Of a DNA stretch of 64,000 bases, positions 25,634 through 38,456 are shown piece by piece. The notes under the pieces were generated by a model. That model was not told the DNA's origin. It made no database searches and saw only the letters and a list, made by a program, of their open reading frames with translations. The stretch's first letter is position 1, and every line of letters begins with the position of its first letter. The position numbers and the translations under genes were made by a program. Origin of the DNA: Marsupella aquatica (Eukaryota; Plantae; Marchantiophyta); NCBI GenBank assembly GCA_973895155.1, contig OZ316897.1, forward strand, positions 10,191,832 through 10,255,831, given 5' to 3'.

Positions 25634-25757
25634 AAGCCTTTCTTCGCAAATCTCCCCGTGGTTAAAGAAGCGCGACATCAGAGAGCATCCTGGTGTTGTG
25701 TCATTCACATCACGAAGCTAGACTGAATTTGCTTTCGATGTTTCTCAGCCTTTCCTT

Positions 25758-25853
25758 GCATTCTATGGCATTTATGAAGCTCGTCACAACTGCTGCACCC
25801 CCAATTACATGCATTCTATGGCATTTATGAAGCTCGTCACAACCCCCAATTAC
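25758..25853 (+). repeat. ~53-bp tandem duplication
   Basis: GCATTCTATGGCATTTATGAAGCTCGTCACAAC...CCCCAATTACA twice. Confidence 0.85.
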
Positions 25854-26513
25854 AGCAACGGCGCGAGTACGGGGAATCCATGCTTACACATACAACGCAT
25901 AGTTCATTTCCAACAGTAGCTACACAATAACCGTGTCGGCGATGCCACACTTTGAAGGGTCCTTAGCCTTGAGCGTGGGTGGCCAATTTGGAGAAGGCAA
26001 TTCCGATGTCAAAGGAGAGATATCAACAGGACAATTTTCTGCGTCATCACCTCGCTTACGGGACAGAAGGTACACCGCATTTGCTCCCCATAAGGCAAGC
26101 ACCTCGGTAACAGTATAAAGCACAATGGCCAGGCTACCTCTCAGAACGGTAACGACGACAAACACTAGTCCACTTTATATTGACAAATATAAGTGAGATA
26201 CAATCATACCCCAATGGCCCTGGGAAAATTGCCAAGCCTATGAAGAGATTGCCCTGCACTGGCTCCTAAAGGCCACACAGATGAGGCCAGAAATGATTCT
26301 TTAGAATGGGTTTCAATATGATGCCTCTCTAACCATACCTCTCCCTGATGTGATGACCTGACAACCGTATATAGTCTTTGGCTACTACGGCTGGTAATGT
26401 CGACCGATCTCGAGAGGCCTAAGGGAGCGTATAGTCCTGGACGGACATTTCACGTCTCGAGCATGTTGTTAGTAAGAAATTTTCGTTTACCTATGCGGCA
26501 CCTATTCACGAGA

Positions 26514-29500
26514 TCAAGCGCAAATGCCGAGCTCCTGCTTTACAACGTCAGAAGATTTGGTATTGTCTCCACAGGTCCCCAAAATTCGTTTGGCTTCTTG
26601 CCAAAGCAGCAGCAATGCACTGTGACCAACATCAGTACTTACGTTGTCGGGGATCTTCTTCACCAAGCCAACAACGTCTTTTACCACCGTGATTTCACTT
26701 CCACTACCACCATCAGTATCGTCAGAACTATCCGCAGCTGCAGACTCCTTCGATTCTGAGTGCGAGCTTGGATCAGTAATCTTTTTCCAAAGTAATTCAA
26801 GCTCCTCTGCTCGTTCAGTAGCTCGCCGAAGAACAGATTCTGGCATTCCTGCACAAGGTCACAAAAAGCTTCCTATCAAATTTCAAGCATAACAACCGCA
26901 ATTCCTTTCGGAGAAAACCAAGGATACGCAGCTGCAAGTCCAGGAACGAGTCTCAAATGAGAACTTGCCTGCGAGCCGAGCAACATTAACTCCATAGCTC
27001 TTTGGGCAAGCTCCAGCAGCCAATTTGTACAAAAATACGACCTCCTCCAGACCATCATCTCCGATGCCAACCTTGCAGGACATATGATGAAGTCCTACCT
27101 GCAAACAAGCAAGTCTTGAGTATGAACATTCACTGCTGAGATGAAAGTCTCGTCTGAAACGTAAATGAGTTATAAAACAAGGTGCCCCATGCATTTAAAA
27201 CGGCAGTAGATAACGGATTGAAAGTGAAACTTACTTTGGAGTCTGAAGCAAAATGAGTGGCAAGGCGATGGTAATGTGTGGAAAACATGCCCCGACACCC
27301 CACATTGTGAGCTAGGTGTTCTAATACTGCGTGCCTGCGAAAATGAAGTCCATGTAGAACACTATCAGCATACCCAGATTTAAGGTCTGTAAAGGTAGTG
27401 CGGAATCATCGCACTTCATTAAACACATTACTTCTTGTAAGCAACATCCTAGGTCGATGTTAAGAGTGCATTGACAACTTCAGGTCACTGATTAAATGCT
27501 CCCAAGACAAATAGACATGACCCAAGTTTACAGGTTTCAAGGTAAGTTGGAAGACATACGCAATGGCCTGTCCATCTGAAGTGGAAGTTCCACGGCCTAG
27601 TTCATCCAGGGCTACAAGTGAATTGCGAGTAGCAGAGCGCTGTCATCGAGAAAGTAGAGAGGATTAGGTGATGGTCTCCTCCAAGTCCCACAGATGCTGG
27701 CATCTTCCTCACAAACATGAATGGCAACGGAAGGATCTCAAATTACAACATAAGACTAGGCAACAATCTCTACGAACAAGCAGAAGTGTCCTTTGAATCA
27801 CAAGAGCTTTGCGCAGGTTAAAGCCATGTTCATTCAAGCTCAATGGGCGTAAGGTAATTCCTAAACCCTACCAGCATGGTGGCAGTCTCAGAAAGCTCCA
27901 CAAGAAAGGTGCTTTGGCCAGCCATTATGTGATCTTTGGCTCCCATCCGAACAAACACCCGGTCTGCTGGGGACAGCTCGAAGTTATCTGCCGACACATT
28001 TGCACCAATCTGTGTTCCAAAAACCTTAAGGTGAGAATTGGCAAGGAAGTTATGTTGACGCAATTGTTCCATAACACTCCCTATGGAATTGCAGGAGAGC
28101 TCGAAGCTGCGAGAAAGGAATGAGAGTCTAAGAAGAAGGTTCCCACATACTACACATGCTGGTCAGAATAGAACATTGTGAAGAGACGTACCTGGGCTGA
28201 CACGACTGCCAAACAGACTTGACGGATAAGAGTGGATTTGCCGCCCATATTAGGCCCAGTCAACAGCATAAAAGGTGGGCCGTCCCCACCAACAGCTACA
28301 TCATTTGGCACAAATGAACCACCTCCAGCAAGACTGAGACATACTATGGGGTGTCGAATTCCTTCTGCGACGATCTTCCGTGAGTCTCTCACAAACGTTG
28401 GCCGACACGTTGGAGCTGAGTGCATAGCGGCTTCTGATAAGCTTATCAAAACATCCACCTCTGCAGAAGAGGATAGCCCGTTAGTAAGACGCGATCCAAG
28501 TAGACTCCTGTCTAGGGAAGTCTCTCTGATCAAACCGGAAATCAAGATGCAGCTGTGGAACATCCAGGAATTATTGGGACAACGAAATGCCAATTCTCTG
28601 GATAGGTGGTTGGAGGAATATAAATTTGTGAAGAGGGACGCATATCAAGTGAACATGACCCGGAGAGTGGTGAGATGCAAACTGGACATTGACGCGACTT
28701 ATCACCTGCGACTGATTTCACAAGAGCCAGCCACTTAGGACAGTCTTCACAAAAGCGCTTCACTAAACCTTGCAGAATCCCTCTCAAAGCAAGTTCCCGC
28801 TGCTGCTCCCCTGATGCCAGATCTTGCAAGAGCTCCTTGATCTCTGGGGTCCAATACCGCCGAAAACCCTGTAAAAGGAAATATTACAACGTGTTACAAC
28901 AACAAAGTGCGCCAGTCAAGACTACGCGAGATAATCAATACATGGTGAGTCATGAAGATGTAGGAGACAAACCTTGCGAGATGATTTTACTTCATAGCTC
29001 GATGGCACCTTGGCATGGAACTGCTCGGGAATTTCCATTTGATATTGCTCTTTCCCTACCGTCACATAATTGATCTGCAGTTCGCACCAATCACAAACTT
29101 AGAGATGACATTTTCAAGGGCACTATCGCACACTGATTTCCTAGAAAGCAAGTTGGAAGGCGCCTTTCAAAGCCTGCTACAGTTTCTAAAATTCGCGAAA
29201 ATTGTGAGGCACATCCAACTCACCAAACTTGCATACTGGACCTACCTCGGATGAGTTGCTAAACTTCTTGCGCTGTTTGACAAGATAGTCAGCCAGCTCT
29301 TTGGTAGCAGTTTTTACTGCAGAATCAGCATCGTCAAAGGAGGAATCCACTCCTTCGTGTGGAACTATGCGGCCAGTCCTTTCTGCTTCCTCACGGTCAA
29401 ATGCTGTTTCAAAATGCTCTATGATTGGGGCCATATCAGGCACTCCAAGCCCTGGGTAATCATGGAACAAGATTAGTATTCCAAAATTGATCCGACACAG

Positions 29501-32500
29501 TTAATTTTCGATAAGTTGAAACACTGTAGGATCCCAACTGGGAAAAGGAACAGGTAAACGTGGCAAGGGGACCACTTTGCGGATGAAGGGTACAAGAGGG
29601 TCAGAAGGTCTTTCAAGTACACGAAGTCTCAAAATCCAAGCAGGGTACCTGGTGTGACCAATTTCCTTAATCTATTGGACGTGAGTTCAGACAAGCAGCT
29701 CTCAAAACTCTTCATAGCACGCAGCAATGCTCGACATCCACGCAGAGCACCCATGAACTCTTGCAGCTGCTTCTTGGCAGCATCCTCATAAAGCACTACA
29801 TTATCCGCATTCCTTCCACATGCACCACTAACAATTTCCAGGAAGTACAAGTCAATACAACCAAAATGAAGTACACCGGATGCGTAGAAAACATGTTCAG
29901 TAGAGTCGTAATTTACACATGAGAAACACAAAAAAAAATGTTCCTTGCTTTCAAATGATGAGGCTCACCTGCTTGCATGCAGTCTGGCTAACAGACGTTC
30001 CATATCCGATTGACTTTTCAGCTCCTTCCTGAAGTTGATAGCGGCATCTGCAGCTACATCCTGAGCAGATCATCCAACAGAGACTGAGAACATTGTATAG
30101 ACCGCGGGAAGGGAACAGGAACTTCCACTTGATCTGAAGATTGTACAACGAATAGTAGAACGAGCCCCGTTCTACAGAAACCATGGGACAAGGGAAAGCA
30201 ATACATTGCAAGGCGCCTTCAGGAGTATATACAAGATTAAGTGCTCCTTGAGTGCCAACAGCAGAAAGGATTGTGAGACATTTGACCACAATAAACGAAA
30301 ATGGAAGTACTACCATTAGATCTACGAGGGCCTGCTGTCGTTGCAGAATCGGTTCCACCCGCATGAGGGGCCGGACAAGCCATTGTTTAAGCAGGCGTCG
30401 ACCGTAAGGAGTAACGCAAGTATCAAAGTGCGCCAAAAGAGTCCTGCATGAAACCAAACCTGACATGAAACCCGATAGTCTTGCAAACCCAGGAATTGAA
30501 AAAATAGATTCTTCGTTTTCATTGTATAGTATCCTAACCGTTAGAACACTCTTCTTAACATTTGTTTTCAGGGAGTGGCAAAGAATCTGAAAAAAAACGT
30601 TTAAAAGAGGACACAGCACATATTACTAGTTGATCCAACGTGCTCACCCAGAAGTTCCACCATCTCTGTTGTTTTCGATTATTTCCAAATTCTCCAGTGC
30701 AGCCGAATCCAGTATCATGTAAGGCTCGTACAGCTCAGCCAGCACTTCGTTTTTACCAGAAGACCGTCCCTGTCTAGCCTCAAATCCCTCTTCCAGGCCT
30801 TCCTCATTCGACCTCTCAACAGAACAATCTGCTACGGAAAATCCATACGATCCTGGGAGCAGCTCAATCCGTCCTAACCTTAAAACTGTGTTGTCCAACA
30901 ATGCCTCTCGTAGATAGAACATGCAGCCACCAAGTGCTGAAAGAGCAGCTTCACCACGAATTCCCTCTTCTACAAGAACGCGGAGTGCCTTCGGTAACAG
31001 CTGAAGCTGCTCTGCATCATTTACTGCCATTTTTTTCTTACGTCCCTTGCCAGAAGAAGGTTTTGTGCTAGTACTGAAGCTGCTGTAAGCTTCAAAGAAT
31101 TCTTCTCGAGATCGTTGGGCATCCCAGAACTCTTGTCCAGGAGCCAATAAATTAATAAGAGGCTGCCTTGTATGATCCTTTAGGGCTCGTTCTGTGGCCT
31201 CCGTTAGAACACCACGCGGTTTGATCAGCTCAACTGGTCTTAGCTCTGAAAGAACTGAACGAAGACACGACCTTGCTGCATCATCATCGAACTGCAATTC
31301 CAACACTACTATCAGTGAGGCTCGCAACATTCAATATGAAACTTCAGCTTTTCACAGATATGGCTGCCAAATGTTCGAAGTGTGAAAACTTGATCTCGGA
31401 ACTTTTACCTGACTCAGCATGATATGACTAGTTGAAGTGTCCACAAAACAGACCCCAATCGTTGCAGAATTCTCAGGGGCAACAGAATCTTCTTTAAGAA
31501 TCGGTGCCACTTCAGTGATGGACATGAGATATGCGGCATCAGGGGAACTTTCCAGCATCTCCCCATCGACGATAGTTCCTTTGGTGAGAACAGCACATAC
31601 TTCCCGCCTCACTACCTGCTTAGGAAAAGAGTCCTGTCAAGGCTCGAACTGCTGATCTTACCCATATATCTCAAAAAGGATTCAACACGAGTGGACTTCT
31701 AAATTACATTGAGCTGTAAATAATTGAAAGATGACCTTATCCTTAGAGCCTGTTTCTCGTCTGCGCAGGTCAAGTTGGTCCGGCGTTTCTGTTTGCTCCA
31801 CTACAAGCACACGATATCCCTGAACGCAAGCTTACGAGTGTCAAATCCTGAAAGAGCTAATACTGTGCTCCAACTACTGCTGCGTTAAGAACAGAACAGA
31901 TGAGAAATTCAAGCTATCGTCAATAGCCAAATAAATAGTCATCCTTCACTAGCTGGATCGGAATACATAGCTGGATCATGAACATAATGCCTTAGAAGCG
32001 CAGAAGAGGATATCTGGCTTACATTACGAGCTAGTTTCTCAGCGTTTTCAAAATACAACTTTTCGGGAAAGCCACAATGCGGTTGGTCACCCTGCATTCT
32101 CCACAAAAATGGACGTCAGTCAGACTGGTACAAACAGAAATTTGTGTCAGATCCAACCACCACAGGACAGATAATGGTATGGAGAAAATTATTCAGAACT
32201 CAGCCGAGCTAAACCTGCAAAGCATGAAAAGCATATCCAACCTTCATGTACTGGAGATCAAGCTCCTGCGCTCCAACATGAGCATCCATCTCAAACATCT
32301 CGTAAAACTTCCCCATCTGCAGAGTATCGGAGTTATAGAATGAAAACTTGGACAGCATCTGGTTAGCAAAGTCTAAGGTCATGTCTCTAGGTACTATCAC
32401 GGTATAAGGAAGGGTTTCAGCTATGGTATACTAGGAATCCAGGCGCCACGAGTCATCTCAAGTCTTCAGGACTCACCTTAAAAAGGAGAACCTTATCCAT

Positions 32501-34949
32501 GTGCTTGGATTTGAATTCCCACCATTGCCTCTGCATCAACGCAAAGGTCAATTTAGTTTAATATCGACAGATTCAGAGTAAAGGAGAAACATCCAGGCTC
32601 ACCAATTTCACATCCCATGTCATCTAGGACCAAGTTAAGAAATCGAGCTACACAAGCTTTGGCGGTGTACAAGGCTCAGGACAGCAGAAAGGAGAACGCA
32701 CCTGACCACCAGACAACCCTTTCAGAAAGTCGTGAGGCAGTTGGACGGTCCCGGGATCATAATCTGGATCCGAAGGTCGATTGCCAGAGCCGTCCCTTCG
32801 CCCCCTGCGTTTACAGTGATGTCAGGATGAGAACATGTACTAATAAAACAGTCCAGAAATCCATCTCTGGGACCAGAGAATCGGACCACCCATATCCAAG
32901 ATTTAGATGCCAAACCACGTAATTCCAATCCCTCCCCAAAAGTGATCACCAAAGATCGGATCACTAAAAGAAGGTATTTCCACATTTGACAGTAGCTCTG
33001 GGTTAGAAGAGGATCTTCACCTGCACGTGATTCATATGTAGACATTTACTGTCCACAGGCTGAAACAAAAAACAACGCAACCAGAGAGAGCTTAAAACAA
33101 TTCTCCAAATAGCAGCATACTCAGGAACATACTTGCCCAAAAACCTGAACTTCTCTTCCAGTCGACCACCAAAACGTTGAGCTGCTTCTCCCACTAAGGT
33201 AGAATGCAGTTCACCCTTAGTGAGCTTGTCTACAACACAGGCAAACAACAACGAATAAGATATCCCACACTAGAATAAATTACGCCCGTTGTGAGCATTT
33301 CGCATCAAACTGGACAAGGAGGAAATCCGCTCACACGTCTACCGGAATCCAAAGGTACTATGAAATTCCCGAAAAGCAATTCCTGTTTGGAACCACCTCA
33401 TGTCACTGACTCTGTGACTGAATGCATTTGCTACATTGCACCGTTAGATTCAAAGAGGTTGCTTACCGGCTTCGACGATCTTGGGATCTTCATTGCTGAC
33501 ATCTTTCGCAGGAGAGGTGGACTTCACAGCCGGGATAGGTAATGGCCCAGCTGCAGATTTTGTCGGCTTGGCTCCCAATTTAGAGAAAAACTCTCTTGCC
33601 TTCAACTTAGAGACAATGGCGGGTTTTGGAGCACCAGCTTTGGTTGAGACAGTCTTTTTTCCCTTCTTAGCAGACGTCTGCTCACTGTCCGAGTCCATTT
33701 CCGGTGAGGAAGGATTAAAACTCTCATCAAGAGAATCATCGTCAAGTTTCGTGCCCTTCTGAATGGGAGGTGATTCTTCATCTGCAGCATCCTCAAGCTG
33801 GAGCCGCCGAGCAGAAGTACGAGACCTTCTGAGAGTCCGATTCCCTGCCTCCTCGTCTGCTGCCTCCACATCACGGTTTTTCTCCGGAGCACTTCCAACT
33901 GCCTTTCTCAGTCTTTTACGCACCTTCACCTCCTCCTGCTCAGGCAACGTTATTTCAACTTCGTCGTAGACATCTGTACTAACAATGAGTACTTTGGCCG
34001 GACTATCTTGCTCAAGGGGATCCACTCGGGGCCGCTTCCGACCTTTGGAAACGTCTGACTGGACCTCACCACTGTCATCGTTCTTGATCTCGTCTAAAAG
34101 GCTATCTTCAAGGTCATCATCATCAAGCTCATCCAAGACATCACTCTCATCATCTTCATCGACCACTTTCTTCCTTTTCAGGTTTGGAGAGTTCCTTCGG
34201 CATGAAGACTCTCGTGTACGCTTTACTGTGACCTGCTTTGCAACGGACTTCTGCACTCCCTTAGATATCTCTTCACCTAACCATTGAATTTTCTCGTTTC
34301 CTAGAACGATAGACTCGTCTTCTCCATCGTCATACCTAATTGTGTGAGAGCCGTTAGCCTCGTCGTATGCCCTCACTTTGCCAGCGTACCAAACCTTGTC
34401 TAGAGGCCAGAACACCTTCAGCCTTCTTCCTATTAGGGACTCCTTACTAGCACCCTTCTCAGTGGTCCCTCCTGACTTAGTGAAGTGCTCGGTTGGATGA
34501 TCAGTGGTGGAGTTCAGCACAGGTGCTACGACTCCTGACTTCAAAGCTTTCCTATCTCTGCGTCCGAACGTTTTAGGCCCTGACTTGGCTGGCTCGGATG
34601 GCGACGGAGTCGCAATCCAGTGCTTACTCTTCGTGGCTTCATCGTTCTTTATTGTAGTGGAATCAGGGGAGATCGGAGAGCTTGTCGGCACACTCTTCTC
34701 ATCACCGCCCCCTGACAGATTCTTCTTAAGGCTGTCTACCCCTGCTCGTTTTGAAGGTGGGGACTGAAGCTGCGTTTCACCGCCTTCGGAAGGGATACTC
34801 AAAGTTTCTTTCGCCTTCTTTTGAGGAATCTTCTTTGGGCTCTTCTTCGTAGCAGCCGCGCCAGAAGCAGGCTTGACTCCAAAGAAAGAAGCAATGCTAC
34901 GCTGGGAGGATGCTCCTTTAGTTGCAGCAGAGACCTTCGCCGGAGCCAT
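26514..34949 (-). CDS. MSH6: DNA mismatch repair protein MSH6, multi-exon
   Basis: PIP box QRSIASFF, Tudor-like domain (IGRRLKVFWPLDKVWYAGKV), GKFYE mismatch-binding motif, Walker A TGPNMGGKST, RMGAKD and SYGVNVARLAG motifs. Confidence 0.96.
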
Positions 34950-37900
34950 AGCGAGGTAGCCTAAGTAAATATTTCACAATCTGCGAATCCCCCTAGGAAC
35001 TCTGTTGTGATGGGTCCGCCTCCATCAAAATTCAACTTCTCGCTCGGCTCGACAAGTTCGAGATACCCTATGTCCAAGCAAGGCAAACTTATCATTCCTC
35101 CCCTGTGGGATACTAAAAAGAGATTGGTGAAAACCTAGAGGACTACGAAACAAATACTGCACCATATTTGTAATGCATAGGCCTTTCATTACAATCACTG
35201 CCATACGACCCCCAAAGCAGAGGCTCGCTATCAACGACACCCTTATTACAATACGCGCATACATATGTTAGAGACGACCAGAAGTTGGCGAGAATTCTCA
35301 AGGAAATCTTCAAATTAGACAAATGCAAGTCCAAAATCCGAAGTTAATACGAGCTGATACACTTCCATTACTGTCATACTACACAGGGACTACGACGCAA
35401 AATGCTGAAACTGCCTCATAAAAAATACGATTACAAAAGCTCATTTTTTTCACAAGCGAGTTTTCCCTGGACTCATCGAGATCCAGCAAAAAAACAAAAC
35501 GTGCTGTCTGCGGAGAGGAAAAATGCACCACATACAACGAACAGGCAAACATCACGCCCAGAATTGCAAGAGCTGCTCTCAAGACTGCAAGAGACTGTAC
35601 CGAAAATGGAGAAAGCTGTCGCCAAATAATCCCAAAGCACATTCCACTCTCTAGGAATGTATCTCGTGGAGCTCATGTACCAGTCTGTCCACGATTTCCA
35701 TCAAATTTGGTCGTCAATGTGAAGACCACACCTCTGCCACGGGTTAGAAGATATATTGTGACTATGTATGAATCGAAATTGGTCGATTGACAACATTTTG
35801 AAAGCTCCCTCCACTCCCGGCAATGCGATTGTTCCCGCCGAAATTTCCTCTCTCGCTCGCCTCTGCAAATTTTCCCCGCTGAATTCTGAGAATGTCAGCT
35901 GCGAGCAAAGTGGACAAAGGAAGACAGAGAGAGAGCGCGGATTCGAAGGTCTCTGGCCATCTTCGGACGAATATTCTATCTCTCTATGCTCTCAGCCGTT
36001 AGTTTCCTACTTTGACGGTGAAGATGGGCATAGGAATCTCGTCGGGCGTTTTGGCGGGGGCGGGAGCGCACTTTTGTGTTACCGTTCATTTACTTTTGCA
36101 TTTATTGCGACGGTCGGGGACGGCAGCCGACTGTGGGCATCGCAAACATCCGTTACGCCTCGTCAGGGTTCAATCCTGGTTATTGGCAAGTCTAACCCTG
36201 GCCGATCAAGTGAAATTACTCCGGGTGTCCTTCACAAAACTGAAGCTTCCTTCTAGAAAATGATAACTCATCATTTGTGCTAAAATTACTCAGAGCATCA
36301 TTCACAAACGTGCAACGTCCATTGATAGTTGGTTAATAGTATTTGACCATTTTCACACTAGTCATAAACAAGCCAATCGTCCCAGAAAAATCTCAAACTT
36401 TGTAACATAATAGATTTAGATCAAAGAACATGCTAGAAAAATTTGGAAATACACAACTATCTAAAAGTTGTCCAAATGCACAAGTTTGCCGCAAACAAAT
36501 AATTAAAGTTAGCCTGAGTGTCTGGAAAAACTATTTCATGACTTCGCCAGCTAGGAGATTCCAGGCACCATCAAGATGACTGGAAGGATTCAATGACGTC
36601 CATAGTGTGACCTAGCTTTGGCTGATAATTAGCATCGCTCACTGTTTGCCAGCTAGAAGCAATTTATCATGCTACTTCATCGCATTTTTTTCTGAGCTTT
36701 CCATATCAGTAGGGTAAAAACCTTCTTATAAAAGTTAGCCCAGTTTGTATGTGTGAGTTTGTTGTCCCCACCCACAATTCCTACTTTGTTATGTTATATC
36801 CTGTCCCTTGACACATTTGGACATTTGGGGACATTCATACTCTGTCAGTCAATTCATCCGTTTACTTTGGTCAAAGGTCCTTGTTTTAAGAGAATGATAG
36901 GTATCAAAGGTGAATGTATAATGTGTTTGGACAGTAGCAGCCACCACCCTTGTAAATGATTGAGTACAAACACATTTGATCAAAATCTACCAGCAATCCA
37001 ATCCTTACCATTCGAGATGAAAAATAGGTGACACAATTATCCTTTATGACAAAAAAAAGTAAAGTTGGAGTATTGCTGGAAGAACAATATTACTCACAAG
37101 TGAACTTTTTATATGCACAACCCCTGAATCGTCAAGCAAAACATGCATGCGTGTTATAGGAATGGCAATTGTCTGGCCCTTCTCTTCGAAGCCGCCAAGT
37201 GCCAGCCATAACCTTGCCTTCTTATGATGTTCATCTATGTACATTGCAGCATAAGTGTGGACAAAATATTTCCAACTAGTTATGCATCGATAAATTTGAC
37301 ATGATTCACATTTTTCAGCTGAAATATGGTTTTGGGTGTCAATGGCTCGAATATACATAACAACACAAACAACAAGCCTTGCCTTGCAATAGCTTAGTAG
37401 CGTGCCATGATTGGGTCATCAAGGCATTCAGCAATAGCCAATGCTTCTCCTTGCTTGGAACTGGTGAAGGGGAAACACTCCAGTAGACTCATACAACAGT
37501 TTTGCTCCTGTCAGTCACTTCCTCCCATACAGTGGGATCTTGTAGGAGTTAAATCAAGTGGAATTGTCCCATTACAATTTCTGTTTCTCCTTCTCCTCTT
37601 TTGCTCTCCATATATTTTCTTCTCCAGCATTTGCCACATCTTGTCATACCTGCCTGAACACTCCTTGAATATATTGTTAAAACTTGGCATTGTCGAATTG
37701 CCCAAGTTGTCCAATTCAACAATCGGGTTTCTGACAACATCAGACTTTGATTCAACTCCTGAACTCACCCCATTTGGCTGGGTGAAAATTTGTGAGCTTT
37801 AAAGTTAAATTCAACTTGATACAATTCCACTGCATCCACTCGGCTTGACTCAATACATGAGGGCACAATTTTGAGGAAAGGCAAGGATCTCAAGGCAAGG

Positions 37901-38363
37901 GAAAAGATGTCAAGGCAATGGAAAGATGTCAAGAAGAGGCAATAATAACTTGGGAAGGGCAAGATGTTGAGGCAAGGGAATAATGTTGAGACAAGAGCAA
38001 GATGTGAAAGGCACACACATATGTCTAGGCAAGGCAAAGATGTCAAAGTGAGGCAAACATGCATTGCAAAAAAATAATTGAGGCAATAAACCTATCCGTA
38101 AACTACATTAACTAGGGATGACCCATACAACTTCGCGTTCAAAAGAATGCACCAGACAAGATTGGGCTCTAAAGTTTTTCGAGTGATCAAAGCTGCATGA
38201 AAATTAAGCGAAAGTTTCTGACGACCTGAATCGGTCCTTTCAAAGTTTCGATAGTTTTTCTAAATTGGATCTCAGTTAACTGACTGAAGTCAAATCATGA
38301 GTTAAGCTGTGTGGCTGTGTGCTAGGTCTCTCTTCGCCCTAGCTCTCACTCAAGCCCTGTGCA

Positions 38364-38456
38364 GCAGTGAATTGATTTTCGACATTCAGCAAGTCGTCTG
38401 GGGCAGTGAATTGATTTCAGAAATTCAGCAAGTTGTCTGCGGCAGTGAACTGATTG
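38364..38456 (+). repeat. 39-bp tandem repeat (~2.4 copies)
   Basis: GCAGTGAA(T/C)TGATT...ATTCAGCAAGT repeated. Confidence 0.75.

Noticed and set aside
36800-37400. Possible decayed Mutator-type transposase (Cys/His-rich fragments, minus strand)
   Set aside because: Motifs are too eroded and frameshifted to support a call without an HMM search.
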